Shown here one piece after another: positions 36,883 through 46,848 of a DNA stretch of 64,000 nucleotides. Both the position numbers and the translations under genes were made by a program. Source of the stretch: Coriobacteriales bacterium. GTDB taxonomy: Bacteria; Actinomycetota; Coriobacteriia; Coriobacteriales; UBA8131. The stretch lies in the NCBI GenBank assembly GCA_031263105.1, contig JAISGJ010000173.1, forward strand, positions 940-64,939. Direction: 5' to 3'. The notes under the pieces were generated by a model. It was not told the DNA's origin, searched no databases, and saw only the letters and a program-made list of their open reading frames with translations. Positions within the stretch are counted from its first letter, which is position 1. The number at the start of each line of letters is the position of its first letter.

Positions 36883-37735
36883 CTCCTTCAGGGGCTGTCG
36901 GCACCGCATGGCACGGCAGGGGCGGCAAGGACGCAGGGTCGAGGAAGCAGGCGCGTATCGCCTGCTCGCGGGCCGCCCTGGCCCCGCACGGCGCGTCGGG
37001 GCCATCGGACACATCGGCCCTGGCCCCGCCCGGCGCGTCGGCCTGGGCCGCTCCGTCCGCCCGGTGCGCCAGCTCCTCGAGCGTGTGTGCCCGGGCGACG
37101 GACACCGCGCCCACCCGCGTGCGCCTGAGCGCGCCCAGATGCGCCCGCGAGCCGACCGCCTCGCCGAGGTCACGGGCAAGCGCCCGGATGTAGGTGCCCT
37201 TCGAGACCCGCGCCTCGATGTCCCAGTGCGCCGCGCCCGCCCCGACAAGGCGCAGCCGGTGGACGACGACACGGCGCGGCTCAAGCTCGACCGGCCTGCC
37301 CGCGCGCGCCAGCTCATAGGCCTTCCTGCCGTTCTTCTTGATGGCAGAGAAGCGCGGCGGCATCTGGTCCTGCTCCCCTTCGAAGCCCGCGAGCACGGAA
37401 CGGGCGAAGCCCTCGTCGGCCAGCCCCTCCGGCAGCGCCGCAGTGGCGACGACCTCGCCCTCGGCATCGTCCGTGCTCGTGGCGGAGCCGAAGGCGATGT
37501 GCGCCTCGTAGACCTTCTCGCCCTCCATGAGCGCACTGCTCAGCCGCGTGGCGGGGCCTATGCACACGAGCAGCAGGCCCGTCGCGGCGGGGTCGAGGGT
37601 CCCCGCGTGGCCTATGCGGCCCTCGCCGGTGATCCGGCGCAGACGGTCGACGACGTCATGCGAGGTCATGCCCGCAGGCTTGTCCACCGCAATGACGCCG
37701 GAAAGGCCGGTTGCCCCACGCTTCGCCTTAACCAT
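36857..37735 (-). CDS. truB: tRNA pseudouridine(55) synthase TruB
   Basis: GVIAVDKPAGMTSHDVV and the catalytic GHAGTLDPAATGLL. Start set to ATG 37735 (MVKAKRG). Confidence 0.9.
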   Translation of the reverse strand: MVKAKRGATGLSGVIAVDKPAGMTSHDVVDRLRRITGEGRIGHAGTLDPAATGLLLVCIGPATRLSSALMEGEKVYEAHIAFGSATSTDDAEGEVVATAALPEGLADEGFARSVLAGFEGEQDQMPPRFSAIKKNGRKAYELARAGRPVELEPRRVVVHRLRLVGAGAAHWDIEARVSKGTYIRALARDLGEAVGSRAHLGALRRTRVGAVSVARAHTLEELAHRADGAAQADAPGGARADVSDGPDAPCGARAAREQAIRACFLDPASLPPLPCHAVPTAPEGDEEDERAR

Positions 37736-37745
37736 GCTGCCAAGC

Positions 37746-38741
37746 CTAACAGACGAGGGCGTCGGCCTCTTTGAGGATGAGCGCCTTCGCCGCGTCGAGC
37801 GTGGTGGCAAGCGTGAAGCCGGCGGCCGCCCTGTGACCGCCGCCCTCGAAGCGCCGCGCGAACTCCCCTACGTCGCAGCTGCCCTTCGCCCGCAGGTTCA
37901 CGCGGATCCTCCCGCTCTCCTCACGCAACAGGATGGCGACCTCGGTGCCCCTCACGGAGCGCAGGATGGTGGGCAGCCCCTCGGTCTCGTCGCGCGAGAC
38001 GCCAAGCTCCCGGAAGTCTTCCTCGGTGACCCAGGAGTAGACCACGCGCCCGGATGCCGTATGCCCGATGCGCGAGATAAGGCGCGCGTCGAGCTGGAGG
38101 GAGGCGAGCGACTTCGAGTCATAGACCCGCAGGTTGACATCGGCGGGGTCCACGCCGACGGCCATCATCTCGCCCGCCGCCCGGAAGGCCTCTGCCGTGG
38201 TGTTCTGGAACGAGAAGCGCCCCGTGTCGGTCACCAGCGCGATGTAGCAGCACCGCGCCATCTCGGCACTGACCGCAACGCCGCTCGCACGGATGAGGCG
38301 CCAGATGATGAGCCCGGTCGCCGAGGCGCCCACGTCGCCGAGGTAGTGCCGCCCGAAGCCGGAGTAGTCGGGATGATGGTCGATGACGAGGGTGTCCTTG
38401 GCGCGCTCGCAGGCCGCACGGGCCTCGCCGAGCCGGTCGATATGAGGGAGGTCGACGGCGATGAACAGGTCGGGGACCTCCCGGTAACGGGCCGCAGGGA
38501 CGAAGCGGTAGTCCGCAAGGAACTCATAGAGCTCGGGGGCCTTCTTGTCGCTTGCCAACAGGTTCGTGACCGTATGCCCCTTCGCCCGCAGCAGCGCCGC
38601 CAGCGCAAGCGCCGAGCCGAGCGAGTCGCCGTCGGGGTTCACATGCCCACAGATGGCGACCTCGCACGGCTCGACGGAAAGGAACGCGAGCGTCTCGTCT
38701 ACGGTAAATGCCTCCGCGTCCGTCGTGCACGTAGCGCTCAT
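37746..38741 (-). CDS. nrnA: DHH-family phosphoesterase NrnA (oligoribonuclease / pAp phosphatase)
   Basis: GHVNPDGDSLGS, DHHPD and GGGHRAAAGF (DHH plus DHHA1 motifs). Confidence 0.85.
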   Translation of the reverse strand: MSATCTTDAEAFTVDETLAFLSVEPCEVAICGHVNPDGDSLGSALALAALLRAKGHTVTNLLASDKKAPELYEFLADYRFVPAARYREVPDLFIAVDLPHIDRLGEARAACERAKDTLVIDHHPDYSGFGRHYLGDVGASATGLIIWRLIRASGVAVSAEMARCCYIALVTDTGRFSFQNTTAEAFRAAGEMMAVGVDPADVNLRVYDSKSLASLQLDARLISRIGHTASGRVVYSWVTEEDFRELGVSRDETEGLPTILRSVRGTEVAILLREESGRIRVNLRAKGSCDVGEFARRFEGGGHRAAAGFTLATTLDAAKALILKEADALVC

Positions 38742-39115
38742 AGCGGGTAGCCTTCCTCGTCCTTGGGCGTCTGCAGGGTCTCCGGGGCATCCGCGAGCGC
38801 CGAGGCTATCCGCTCCGCCTCGTCGACGCTTGTGTCGATGAAGAAGCGCAGCTCGGGCGTCACGCGCCAGTCGAGCTGCTGCCCCAACAGGCTGCGAATG
38901 CGCCCTTTGGCGCTCTCCAGGCCCGCCTGGACGTCCTCGTAGTGCGCACGTTCGGCCGACACGTAGACATGCGCGACGGCGCGGTCGCGGGAGACTTCGG
39001 CACCCGTGACCGTCACGAGGGCAAGGCGCGGATCGAACACCTGCGTGAGCAGGATGTTCGCGAGCGCCGTGCGGGCCGCCTCGTTGACCTTACGTGACTG
39101 TGGCGTCTGCTTCAT
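38738..39115 (-). CDS. rbfA: ribosome-binding factor A
   Basis: RKVNEAARTALANIL...VTVTGAEVSRDRAVAHVYV. Position after infB. Confidence 0.9.
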   Translation of the reverse strand: MKQTPQSRKVNEAARTALANILLTQVFDPRLALVTVTGAEVSRDRAVAHVYVSAERAHYEDVQAGLESAKGRIRSLLGQQLDWRVTPELRFFIDTSVDEAERIASALADAPETLQTPKDEEGYPL

Positions 39116-39144
39116 TGCCGCCCGCTCCCCTGCTCTCTCTGTCG

Positions 39145-41937
39145 TCAGCCCTCACGGGCGACCTCCTTCACCGTGTAGCCTTCGAGCACGTCGCCCACCT
39201 TCACGTCCTGGAAGCCCTCTATGCCGATGCCGCACTCGAAGCCGCTCTTGACGCTCTTCACGTCCTCCTTGAAGTGGCGCAACGACGAGAGCGCGCCCTC
39301 GTAGACGACGGCGCCGTCACGCACGACGCGCAAGCGGTTGTCGTGGCCGATCTCGCCCTCCTCGACGAAGCAGCCGGCGACCGTGCCCGCCTTGGGCACC
39401 TTGAACAGCTCGCGCACTATGGCGCTCCCGGTATCGACCTCCACTATCTCAGGCTTGAGCAGGCCGACCCGTGCGGCATTGATGTCGTCGATGGCCTGGT
39501 AGATGACACGATAGGTCTTGATCTCGACCTTCTCCTTCTCCGCATGCGCCCGTGCCTTCTGCTGGGGGCGGACGTTGAAGCCCACGATGACGGCATCGGA
39601 TGCGGCCGCCAGCGTGACGTCGGTCTCGGTGATGCCGCCCACCGCAGAGTGGATGACGTTGATGTGGACCTCGGACTGGTCCATCTTGTCGAGGGCGTCC
39701 TGAAGCGCCTCGATGGAGCCCTGCACGTCGGCCTTGACGACGAGGTTGAGCTCGGCGGCCGAGCCCTCCCCGATGCGGGCGAACAGGTCCTCGAGCGACA
39801 TATGGCCCCGCTGGTGCTCGGCCAGGCGCTTGCGCAGGGCGCGGTCCTCCGCAAGGCTGCGCGCTTCGCGCTCCTCGGCGAAGACGCGGAACTCGTCGCC
39901 TGCGTCCGGCACGCTGTTCAGGCCGAGGACCTCGACGGGGTCGGCGGGGCAGGCGGCACCGATGTTCTCGCCCTTGGGGCTCACGAGCGCACGGACGCGC
40001 CCATGGGAGGTGCCGACGACCAATGCGTCCCCGACGTTGAGCGTGCCACGCTGCACGAGGACGGTCGCAACGGGGCCACGCCCCTTGTCGAGCTTCGCCT
40101 CGATGACGAAGCCCGAGGCGAGCGCATGGGGGTTCGCCTTCAGTTCGAGCACGTCGGCCTGCAACAGGATGGTCTCGAGCAGGTCGTCGATGCCGACGCG
40201 CTGCTTGGCGCTCACGTCGACGAACATGTTCTGCCCGCCCCATTCCTCGGGGATGATGTTGTGCTCGGTGAGCTCCTGGCGCACACGCTCGGGGGTGGCG
40301 CCCGCCTTGTCTATCTTGTTGACGGCGACCACGATGGGCACGCCGGCGGCCTCGGCATGGTGGATGGCCTCGACGGTCTGGGGCATGACGCCGTCGTCGG
40401 CCGCAACGACGAGCACCACGACGTCGGTGACCTTCGCGCCGCGCGCGCGCATGGCGGTGAAGGCCTCGTGCCCGGGCGTGTCGATGAAGGTGATGCGGTG
40501 CTCCTTGATCTCGACGACCGAGGCGCCGATATGCTGCGTGATGCCGCCTGCCTCGGTCGCGACGACGCCGGTCGAACGGATGGCGTCGAGCAGCGAGGTC
40601 TTGCCATGGTCCACGTGTCCCATGACGGTGACGACGGGCGGCCTCGGCTCCAGGTCCCCGGGCGCGTCCACGACGGCGACCGCGTACTCCTCCTCCGGGG
40701 AGACCATACGGACCTTGCGCCCGATGTCGTCCGAGATGAGCTCCACCAGCTCGTCGCTCATGGTCTGGGTGACGGTGAGCGGCGTGCCCAGAAGGAACAG
40801 CCGCTTGACGATGTCGCCCGCCGGGACGTGCAGCGCATCCGCGAACTGCTGCACGGTCGTGCCGCTGGTGAGCTGCACCACCGATCCGTCGAGGGCGAGC
40901 TCGGGGTCGATGCCCCGCTCGATGGCCTCGATCTCGGCCTTCTCCTTTGCCTCGGCCACACGTTTCTCCTTGCGTTTCCTGCGACGGCCCTCGCCCTCGC
41001 CCGTGGCGGCCTCGACGGCGGCACGCGCCTCGGCGAGCACGCGGTCGCGTTGGAACTGCTCGGCCTGCACCGCCATCTGACGGTAGCGCTCGTCCTCGCC
41101 CGCGTCCGCGCCGAGGACATAGGCGGTCGGGGCGGCATCGGGCGCACGGCGGCCCTCCTTCGCCTTGCCCCGGCCCTTGCCCTTGCCCTTGAGGTGCCCG
41201 TCCTTGTCGCCCGACACGCCGTCCGCCCCTTGGCGGGCCGCAGCGGGCACGGCGTCGGCGGGAGACGGGGCGGCCGGCTGCTGCGTGCGTCCGGCACCTT
41301 GCGTGCCCCCTGCGCCCTGCGCCGCCCCGGCACGGGCGGCCGCCGCATCCTGCACGTCCGCTGCGGCCTTGGATGCGCCCCGCCCCTTGGCGGCAGCGGC
41401 GCCGCCTGCATCGGCGGCGCCGCTCTCCCGCTGTTGGCTCCTTGCGGCCTTCTCGGCGTCAAGGCGCGCCTTCTCGGCCTCTATCTGCGAGAGCAGCCCG
41501 CTGAAGCGGGGGATGGCCTTCTCCTGACGCCGTCCCGTGCCCGCATCGGCCGCCACGCCGGCCCGTGCATCGGCACCGGCCTCTGCGGCGGCCTCCTGCC
41601 CCTCGTCCCTGAGCTTCGCCTCGCGCTCCAGGCGCTCCTGTTCCCTGAGTGCGCGCTCCTGCTCCACAGCGTTCTTGCGGGCGGCCTCCTCCTCCTCGCG
41701 GCGCCGCTCCTCCTCGGCCGCCTGCCTGGCCTCCTCGGCGACGCGCTCGGCCTCTGCGGCGGCGGCACGCTGGGCCATCTCGGGCGCAAGCCGTTTGCGG
41801 ATACGGTCGACATAGGCGTCGTTGAGTGTCGAGGCATGGTTCTTGACCGGCATCTTCATCTCAAGGAGCCGCTCGAGGAACTCCTTGGAGTTCATCCCGA
41901 ATTCCTTTGCCAACTCATGGACACGCATACTTGCCAT
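39145..41937 (-). CDS. infB: translation initiation factor IF-2
   Basis: G domain ([28 protein letters not shown]), a low-complexity Ala/Glu/Arg N-terminal region, and a conserved C2 domain at the end. Confidence 0.95.
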   Translation of the reverse strand: MASMRVHELAKEFGMNSKEFLERLLEMKMPVKNHASTLNDAYVDRIRKRLAPEMAQRAAAAEAERVAEEARQAAEEERRREEEEAARKNAVEQERALREQERLEREAKLRDEGQEAAAEAGADARAGVAADAGTGRRQEKAIPRFSGLLSQIEAEKARLDAEKAARSQQRESGAADAGGAAAAKGRGASKAAADVQDAAAARAGAAQGAGGTQGAGRTQQPAAPSPADAVPAAARQGADGVSGDKDGHLKGKGKGRGKAKEGRRAPDAAPTAYVLGADAGEDERYRQMAVQAEQFQRDRVLAEARAAVEAATGEGEGRRRKRKEKRVAEAKEKAEIEAIERGIDPELALDGSVVQLTSGTTVQQFADALHVPAGDIVKRLFLLGTPLTVTQTMSDELVELISDDIGRKVRMVSPEEEYAVAVVDAPGDLEPRPPVVTVMGHVDHGKTSLLDAIRSTGVVATEAGGITQHIGASVVEIKEHRITFIDTPGHEAFTAMRARGAKVTDVVVLVVAADDGVMPQTVEAIHHAEAAGVPIVVAVNKIDKAGATPERVRQELTEHNIIPEEWGGQNMFVDVSAKQRVGIDDLLETILLQADVLELKANPHALASGFVIEAKLDKGRGPVATVLVQRGTLNVGDALVVGTSHGRVRALVSPKGENIGAACPADPVEVLGLNSVPDAGDEFRVFAEEREARSLAEDRALRKRLAEHQRGHMSLEDLFARIGEGSAAELNLVVKADVQGSIEALQDALDKMDQSEVHINVIHSAVGGITETDVTLAAASDAVIVGFNVRPQQKARAHAEKEKVEIKTYRVIYQAIDDINAARVGLLKPEIVEVDTGSAIVRELFKVPKAGTVAGCFVEEGEIGHDNRLRVVRDGAVVYEGALSSLRHFKEDVKSVKSGFECGIGIEGFQDVKVGDVLEGYTVKEVAREG

Positions 41938-41948
41938 ATTCCCAGCTC

Positions 41949-42248
41949 CTAAACCATGCTCTTGCCGTGGTGCTCGAGCTCCAGCCGCTCGTAGTCACCA
42001 TCGCTCAGTTTCGTCCTCAATGCCCGGTCGAGCAGACGGCCCTTCCGTGCGCGCACGAAGCACCGCTCGTCGTCGCACAGGTATGCCCCCCGTCCGGGCA
42101 GCCTGCCCGTCGGGTCGCAGACCGTCCCTGCGTCCGCCGTGCGCACGAAGCGGACGAGCGTGCGCTTGTCCGCCGTCGTGCGACAGGCGACGCACGAGCG
42201 CAGCGGCTTCTTGCGCGAAGGGCGGGAAGGCTGTGCGGTCATAGGCAC
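41949..42248 (-). CDS. ylxR: YlxR/RnpM family (DUF448) RNA-binding protein
   Basis: PLRSCVACRTTADKRTLVRFVR...GRGAYLC. Lies between nusA and infB. Confidence 0.85.
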   Translation of the reverse strand: MPMTAQPSRPSRKKPLRSCVACRTTADKRTLVRFVRTADAGTVCDPTGRLPGRGAYLCDDERCFVRARKGRLLDRALRTKLSDGDYERLELEHHGKSMV

Positions 42249-42251
42249 GCG

Positions 42252-43598
42252 TCAGGCCCCGCTCTCCTCGGGCGCAGGCGCCTCGGGGGGGACATCGGAG
42301 GGCGCCTCGGAGGCACGCGCCTCCTCGGCCTCCTGAGAGGCACGGACGGCGTCCGAGAGCTCCGTGACGTCGTCGGTCGTCTCCCCCAGCGTGGCGTTCT
42401 CGTGCAGGCGGCAGAAACGTGAGTGGGGCTGCGCATGGTTGCGGCAACGGATGCCGTCGGGCGAGACGTACTCGCAGCGCCCGCCCTCGGGCTCGGACTC
42501 GTGCTCGTCGTCATCGAAGAGCGTCGTCACCGCCGACGGCATATCGCCCATGAGCGACGAGCTCTTGATGTCGATATGCCAGCCGGTCAGGCGGGCTGCC
42601 AGGCGGGCGTTCTGCCCCTCCTTGCCGATGGCAAGCGAGAGCTGGTCGTCCGGCACGATGACGGTGGCATAGTGCGTCCCCTCGTCCACGATGACGTTGT
42701 TCACCTTGGCGGGCGAGAGCGCGTTCGCCACGTACACGCTCGGGTTGTCGTCGAACTGTATGACGTCGACGCGCTCGTTGCGCAGCTCCTCGACCACCAT
42801 GCGCACGCGCGAGCCCTTGGGGCCCACGCAGGCGCCGACAGGGTCGAGGTTGCCCTCGCGGGAGGACACCGCGATCTTGGAGCGCGCCCCCGCCTCGCGG
42901 GCGATGGACTTGATCTCGACGATGCCGTCGTATATCTCCGGCACCTCTATCTCGAAGAGCCGGCGGATGAGGTCGGGATGGGTGCGGCTGACGACGATCG
43001 ACGGACGGGTGTTCTCGTTGCGGCTGCCGGGGTCGACGAAGTTGGGGTCGCGGACCTCGATGATGAGCGACTTGAGGCGCTGGTTGTGACGGTAATGTTC
43101 GTTGGCGGGCTTCTCGTTGCGCTCGCCTCCGTAGCGCTTCACGTCGAAGTGCGGCAGCTCGGCCTCCACGCCGTCGCGTATCTTGATGATGGTGAAGTCC
43201 GGCGTGGACTGCAGGACCGTGCCGGTGACGAGCTCGCCCTTGCGGTCCGAGTACTCGGTGAAGATGGCCTGGCGCCCGGCATCGCGCACGATGGACATGA
43301 TGACGTTCTTGGCGTTCTGCGCGGCGATGCGGCTCACGTCGCGCGGCGTGACGTCGCGCTCCTCGAAGCTCGCGTACTCGCCCGTCTCCTCGTCGGGCTC
43401 CCCGACGGGCACCAGCTCGTAGACGTAGATGCTGCCCGTCTCGCGGTTGATGGTGACGCGCGCGTCCCACTCGAGCTTGAGGATGCCCTCGTAGCTCCTC
43501 GCAAGCGACTGCTCCAGACGTTCGAGCAGATAGATCTCGTCGATGTTCTTCTCCGCTGCCAAAGCCTCCAGGGCTGCCATTAACTCAGACGACATCAT
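42252..43598 (-). CDS. nusA: transcription termination/antitermination factor NusA with a ~100-aa Cys/His-containing acidic C-terminal extension
   Basis: N-domain, S1 and KH1/KH2 ([47 protein letters not shown]). ATG 43598 is preceded by GGAAGGA. Confidence 0.93.
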   Translation of the reverse strand: MMSSELMAALEALAAEKNIDEIYLLERLEQSLARSYEGILKLEWDARVTINRETGSIYVYELVPVGEPDEETGEYASFEERDVTPRDVSRIAAQNAKNVIMSIVRDAGRQAIFTEYSDRKGELVTGTVLQSTPDFTIIKIRDGVEAELPHFDVKRYGGERNEKPANEHYRHNQRLKSLIIEVRDPNFVDPGSRNENTRPSIVVSRTHPDLIRRLFEIEVPEIYDGIVEIKSIAREAGARSKIAVSSREGNLDPVGACVGPKGSRVRMVVEELRNERVDVIQFDDNPSVYVANALSPAKVNNVIVDEGTHYATVIVPDDQLSLAIGKEGQNARLAARLTGWHIDIKSSSLMGDMPSAVTTLFDDDEHESEPEGGRCEYVSPDGIRCRNHAQPHSRFCRLHENATLGETTDDVTELSDAVRASQEAEEARASEAPSDVPPEAPAPEESGA

Positions 43599-44091
43599 CG
43601 GTTCCTTCCTGTGACCGGCTCTTCCTGTTGTCAGGGCCGACGCGCCCCAACAGGTGCGCCTTCCTGATGCTCTCATACGGTATGGCCCGCTCCTCGCCGT
43701 CGACAAGGAGCAGGACGGCGGCCTCGGTGACGCCGACGAGGGTGCCCGTCCAGCTGCGGCGTCCCTCGAGGGGGCCGGTCGCAAGCCGCGCCTCCTCGCC
43801 GACGAAGCGCGCGAAATGCGCGGGCGTGCGCAACGGGCGGTCGATGCCGGGCGAGGAGACCTCCAAGGTGTAGGCCCCGAAGTACGGCTCGTTGGCCTCG
43901 ACGGCCGCGTCGACCCAAGGGTTCGCCCCGGCAAGCTCGTCGATGCCGCAGCCGCCCTCGCGGTCGAGGAGGACGCGGACGATGCGCGAGGAACCCGCCG
44001 AGGCAAGCTCCACGTCGACCAGCTCGAAGCCGTTGTCGGCCGCCGCCGCATCCAGCGCCGCTATGAGCCTCTGGCGCTTCTCGCCCTTCAC
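43585..44091 (-). CDS. rimP: ribosome maturation factor RimP
   Basis: GFELVDVEL...VRVLLD...YTLEVSSPGIDRPLR. GTG 44091 is preceded by GAAGGAG 4 nt upstream. The longer track ORF is rejected. Confidence 0.85.
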   Translation of the reverse strand: MKGEKRQRLIAALDAAAADNGFELVDVELASAGSSRIVRVLLDREGGCGIDELAGANPWVDAAVEANEPYFGAYTLEVSSPGIDRPLRTPAHFARFVGEEARLATGPLEGRRSWTGTLVGVTEAAVLLLVDGEERAIPYESIRKAHLLGRVGPDNRKSRSQEGTDDVV

Positions 44092-44326
44092 ACCGCTCCT
44101 TCTTCCTCGGGGAGGCACCGGGCCACCTAACAAAAGAAAGCGGGACAAAGCCCACTTCCTCACCGACCCGATCATCGTTGAAAACCGCAAGAAAACCTGC
44201 ACCTGTTCCCATGGAAGAGGCGCAGAGGCATTTATACCATAAAAGCCCTGACCTGAACAGCCCCGCCGTCGACACGGGCGCACAGGGCGCGCGGGGAGCG
44301 CGGCGTGAGGCATTGCCGGCCCCGCA

Positions 44327-44784
44327 CCCCACTGTCATTCCGAGCCCTTCGGCTGCGCTCAGGGCAAACTCCGGGGCGCAAGCCCCGCAGCCGAGGAATC
44401 CTTGGGTCCGAGCGCCCGGAAAACGCACCGCGTTCTCAGCGAGGACGGGCCGACAGGCCCACGGAACACGAGCGCCCGGAAAACGCACCGCGTTCTCAGC
44501 GAGGACGGGCCGACAGGCCCACGGAACCCGAGCGCCCGGAAAACGCACCGCGTTCTCAGCGAGGACGGGCCGACAGGCCCACGGGACCCGAGCGCCCGGA
44601 AAACGCACCGCGTTCTCAGCGAGGACGGGCCGACAGGCCCACGGAACGCGAAGCAGCCAGCCATAGGTTGAGGGATCCTCCAACCTATGGCTGGCTGCTC
44701 TGCAGCCAGAGATTCCTCGGCTGCGGGGCTTGCGCCCCGGAGTTTACCCTGAGCGCAGCCGAAGGGCTCGGAATGACAGTGTGG
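44327..44784. repeat. largest copy (458 bp) of the dispersed inverted-repeat element
   Basis: Bounded by CCCCACTGTCATTCCGAGC ... GCTCGGAATGACAGTGTGG. Contains the 4 x 60-bp array and a near-perfect central palindrome around GGATCC. Lies 27 bp downstream of the focA stop. Confidence 0.85.
44410..44649. repeat. 4 x 60-bp perfect-phase tandem array of the hairpin module
   Basis: Unit GAGCGCCCGGAAAACGCACCGCGTTCTCAGCGAGGACGGGCCGACAGGCCCACGGAACNC starts at 44410, 44470, 44530 and 44590. Units differ only in their last few nt. Confidence 0.95.
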
Positions 44785-44810
44785 ACGGCGGCCCTGTGCG
44801 GCGGGCGCCC

Positions 44811-45677
44811 CTACTTCTCCGCCTTGGGCTTGTGGAAGGCGATCCAGTACAGGACGCCGACGAGGATGATGCCGCCGATCATGTTGCCGACGGTCACCAT
44901 GCCGAGGTTGTAGGCTATGGCGCCGATGTCGATCTTGTCGGCGGCCTCCAAGGCCTTCTCCCCCACCGCGCTGCCCGAGAGCTTGAGCACGTAGCCCATC
45001 GGGAGGAAGAACATGTTGGCCACGCTGTGCTCCGCCCCTGCGGCCACGAACGCGGTGATCGGGAAGAGGATCGCGAAGAACTTGTCTACGAACGTGCGGC
45101 CCGCAAAGGACATCCACACGGCGAGGCAGACGAGGAAGTTGCAGAGGATCGCCTTGAACAGCAGGGTGAGCGGCGGAATGGTCGCCTTCATCGCCGCCAG
45201 GTTTATGAAGGCGTCGCCCACCGCCCCGGGCGTGGGGCCCATGGCGCCGGTGTTCGCCAGGAACACGACCGCGACCGCGATGAGCGAGCCTATCAGGTTG
45301 GTGACCCAGATGATCACCAGGTTCTTGATATAGGAGCCCCACGGGACCTTGCCGCTCAGGACCGCAGCGATTATGAGGTTGTTGCCCGTGAACAGCTCCG
45401 CCCCCGCCAGCAGCACCAGAATGAGGCCGATGCAGAACCCCAGGCCTCCCAGCAGGCGCTGGGCGATAAAGGGCATGTTGGCCGAGTCCCCCAGGACCAG
45501 TCCGAGCATCATCCCGCCCATGCCGATGAATATGCCCGCAAAGATGCCTAAGGGAATGGCCCGTATCATCGGCATGTTCGCCTTGGCGACGCCGATGGCC
45601 TCGAGCTTCTGCTCGGTCTCTGCGGGCACCAGCACGTCCGGCTTGATGCTTGCAACCGTCTTGTCATCCATACTCAT
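44811..45677 (-). CDS. focA: formate/nitrite transporter family channel (FocA-like)
   Basis: Six-TM FNT signature including LLAGAELFTGNNL and GAEHSVANMF. ATG 45677 is preceded by GGAGGA. Adjacent to the hydrogenlyase genes. Confidence 0.88.
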   Translation of the reverse strand: MSMDDKTVASIKPDVLVPAETEQKLEAIGVAKANMPMIRAIPLGIFAGIFIGMGGMMLGLVLGDSANMPFIAQRLLGGLGFCIGLILVLLAGAELFTGNNLIIAAVLSGKVPWGSYIKNLVIIWVTNLIGSLIAVAVVFLANTGAMGPTPGAVGDAFINLAAMKATIPPLTLLFKAILCNFLVCLAVWMSFAGRTFVDKFFAILFPITAFVAAGAEHSVANMFFLPMGYVLKLSGSAVGEKALEAADKIDIGAIAYNLGMVTVGNMIGGIILVGVLYWIAFHKPKAEK

Positions 45678-45757
45678 ATCATCCTCCAAAAACGTAGTCA
45701 TTGATAGTATCCACAATCATTGCACATGCGCCACCCCACAGCCCGTTGCAGCTCACA

Positions 45758-45893
45758 CCCCCACTGTCATTCCGAGCCCTGCCGAGGAATCTTCGACTGC
45801 GGAGCAGCCGACCGCAGGCCGAGGCACCTTCCGGCCGCAGTCGACCGCTGACGCGGTCGAGGATCCCTCGGCAGGCTCGGGATGACAGTGGGG
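45758..45893. repeat. short copy of the dispersed inverted-repeat element
   Basis: Bounded by CCCCCACTGTCATTCCGAGC ... GCTCGGGATGACAGTGGGG. Lies 43 bp downstream of the hycI stop. Confidence 0.85.
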
Positions 45894-45935
45894 CGCGGAC
45901 AGCAACCACAGCCTGCGGCCCCATCGTTCAGGGAC

Positions 45936-46397
45936 TCAGGTGCCATAGGGAGGACAAGCCGGGTCACCGCCTTTCTGCAGCCATGCGTACAACGATTCGA
46001 CCGCCTGACGCACGGGAGGCGTCAAGGGAGCAAAGAACGACGTGTCTCCGGGCTGGATGCCCAAAAAGGTCATCTCCTCGCAGCTTTCCTTCAGGTTGCC
46101 GAGCAGGAAGGTCATGGGGAGCGAGTGGGTGGTCATCAGGAAGCCGGTCGCCACATCCTCCTCGTCGAGCTCCCGGATCGTGCCTGCCGCGTCCCCCATG
46201 TCCGCAGCGTCTACCAGCAGCAGGAAATCCGGCCGCATCCTGCGAACGACCGCCAGTTCGTCCTCAGGCATCTGGCCGCCGTCCACCACCGTCCAGCCGG
46301 GCGCGGGGTCGTGTTCGAGCATCTTTGCAAGCAGGGGGCCGACCGCGTCGTCGCCGCGAAGCACGTTGCCGACCGTGAAGACGACCCTGCCGCTCAT
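45936..46397 (-). CDS. hycI: hydrogenase 3/4 maturation endopeptidase HycI
   Basis: VVFTVGNVLRGDDAVGPLLA...LLLVDAADMG. The ATG overlaps the stop of the upstream gene (ATGA). Confidence 0.85.
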   Translation of the reverse strand: MSGRVVFTVGNVLRGDDAVGPLLAKMLEHDPAPGWTVVDGGQMPEDELAVVRRMRPDFLLLVDAADMGDAAGTIRELDEEDVATGFLMTTHSLPMTFLLGNLKESCEEMTFLGIQPGDTSFFAPLTPPVRQAVESLYAWLQKGGDPACPPYGT

Positions 46398-46819
46398 ACC
46401 TCCTGCATCCTTCCCATGAGGTAGACGCCCGGATGGCACTTCATGTCGTCCAGTGACAGCGAGAAGCCGTCGAGCCAGTCCCGCATCGTCGCATAGGCCT
46501 CGTCATCGACGTCCAAGGACGCGATGGCGTCGTTGACGCTGGTGTCGAAAAGGCCGAGATGGCTTTTGTCTATCTGGATCTCGCCCTTGCGTCCGATGCC
46601 GTCCAGCTTGTAGCGGGCGGCGCTCTCGGGCGGAAACAAATCGACGATCCTCTGGTACACGTCCTTCGGACAGCCGAAGGACTCGCTGAGGCAGTCGATG
46701 ATGCCGGTATGGTGGCCGACGGCAAGCGTGTAGTAGAGGACGTCGCTGGTCTCCTGCGGCACGGACCGCTCGTTATCGACGAACTTCGCACACAACCGGT
46801 AAAAGACGACCCGAGACAT
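46394..46819 (-). CDS. hyfJ: formate hydrogenlyase maturation protein HycH/HyfJ
   Basis: VVFYRLCAKFVDN...VLYYTLAVGHHTGIIDCL aligns by eye with the E. coli HycH N-terminus (VVFSQLSRKFIDEN...VVYYSLAIGHHLGVIDCL). Confidence 0.8.
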   Translation of the reverse strand: MSRVVFYRLCAKFVDNERSVPQETSDVLYYTLAVGHHTGIIDCLSESFGCPKDVYQRIVDLFPPESAARYKLDGIGRKGEIQIDKSHLGLFDTSVNDAIASLDVDDEAYATMRDWLDGFSLSLDDMKCHPGVYLMGRMQEV

Positions 46820-46848
46820 CCCTGTCCTTTCTGCTCGAACCGTTTATG

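Noticed and set aside
39094-41952. 952-aa + strand ORF
   Set aside because: It is exactly antisense to infB, whose frame carries unambiguous IF-2 G-domain motifs. The composition is typical of a GC shadow ORF.
44410-44649. Regularly spaced 60-bp repeats as a CRISPR array
   Set aside because: The units are directly adjacent with no unique spacers. They are a module of the dispersed element, and no cas genes are present.
45707-45715. DnaA-box-like GTATCCACA
   Set aside because: It is a single 8/9 match in a promoter region with no cluster or AT-rich unwinding element, so it is likely chance.
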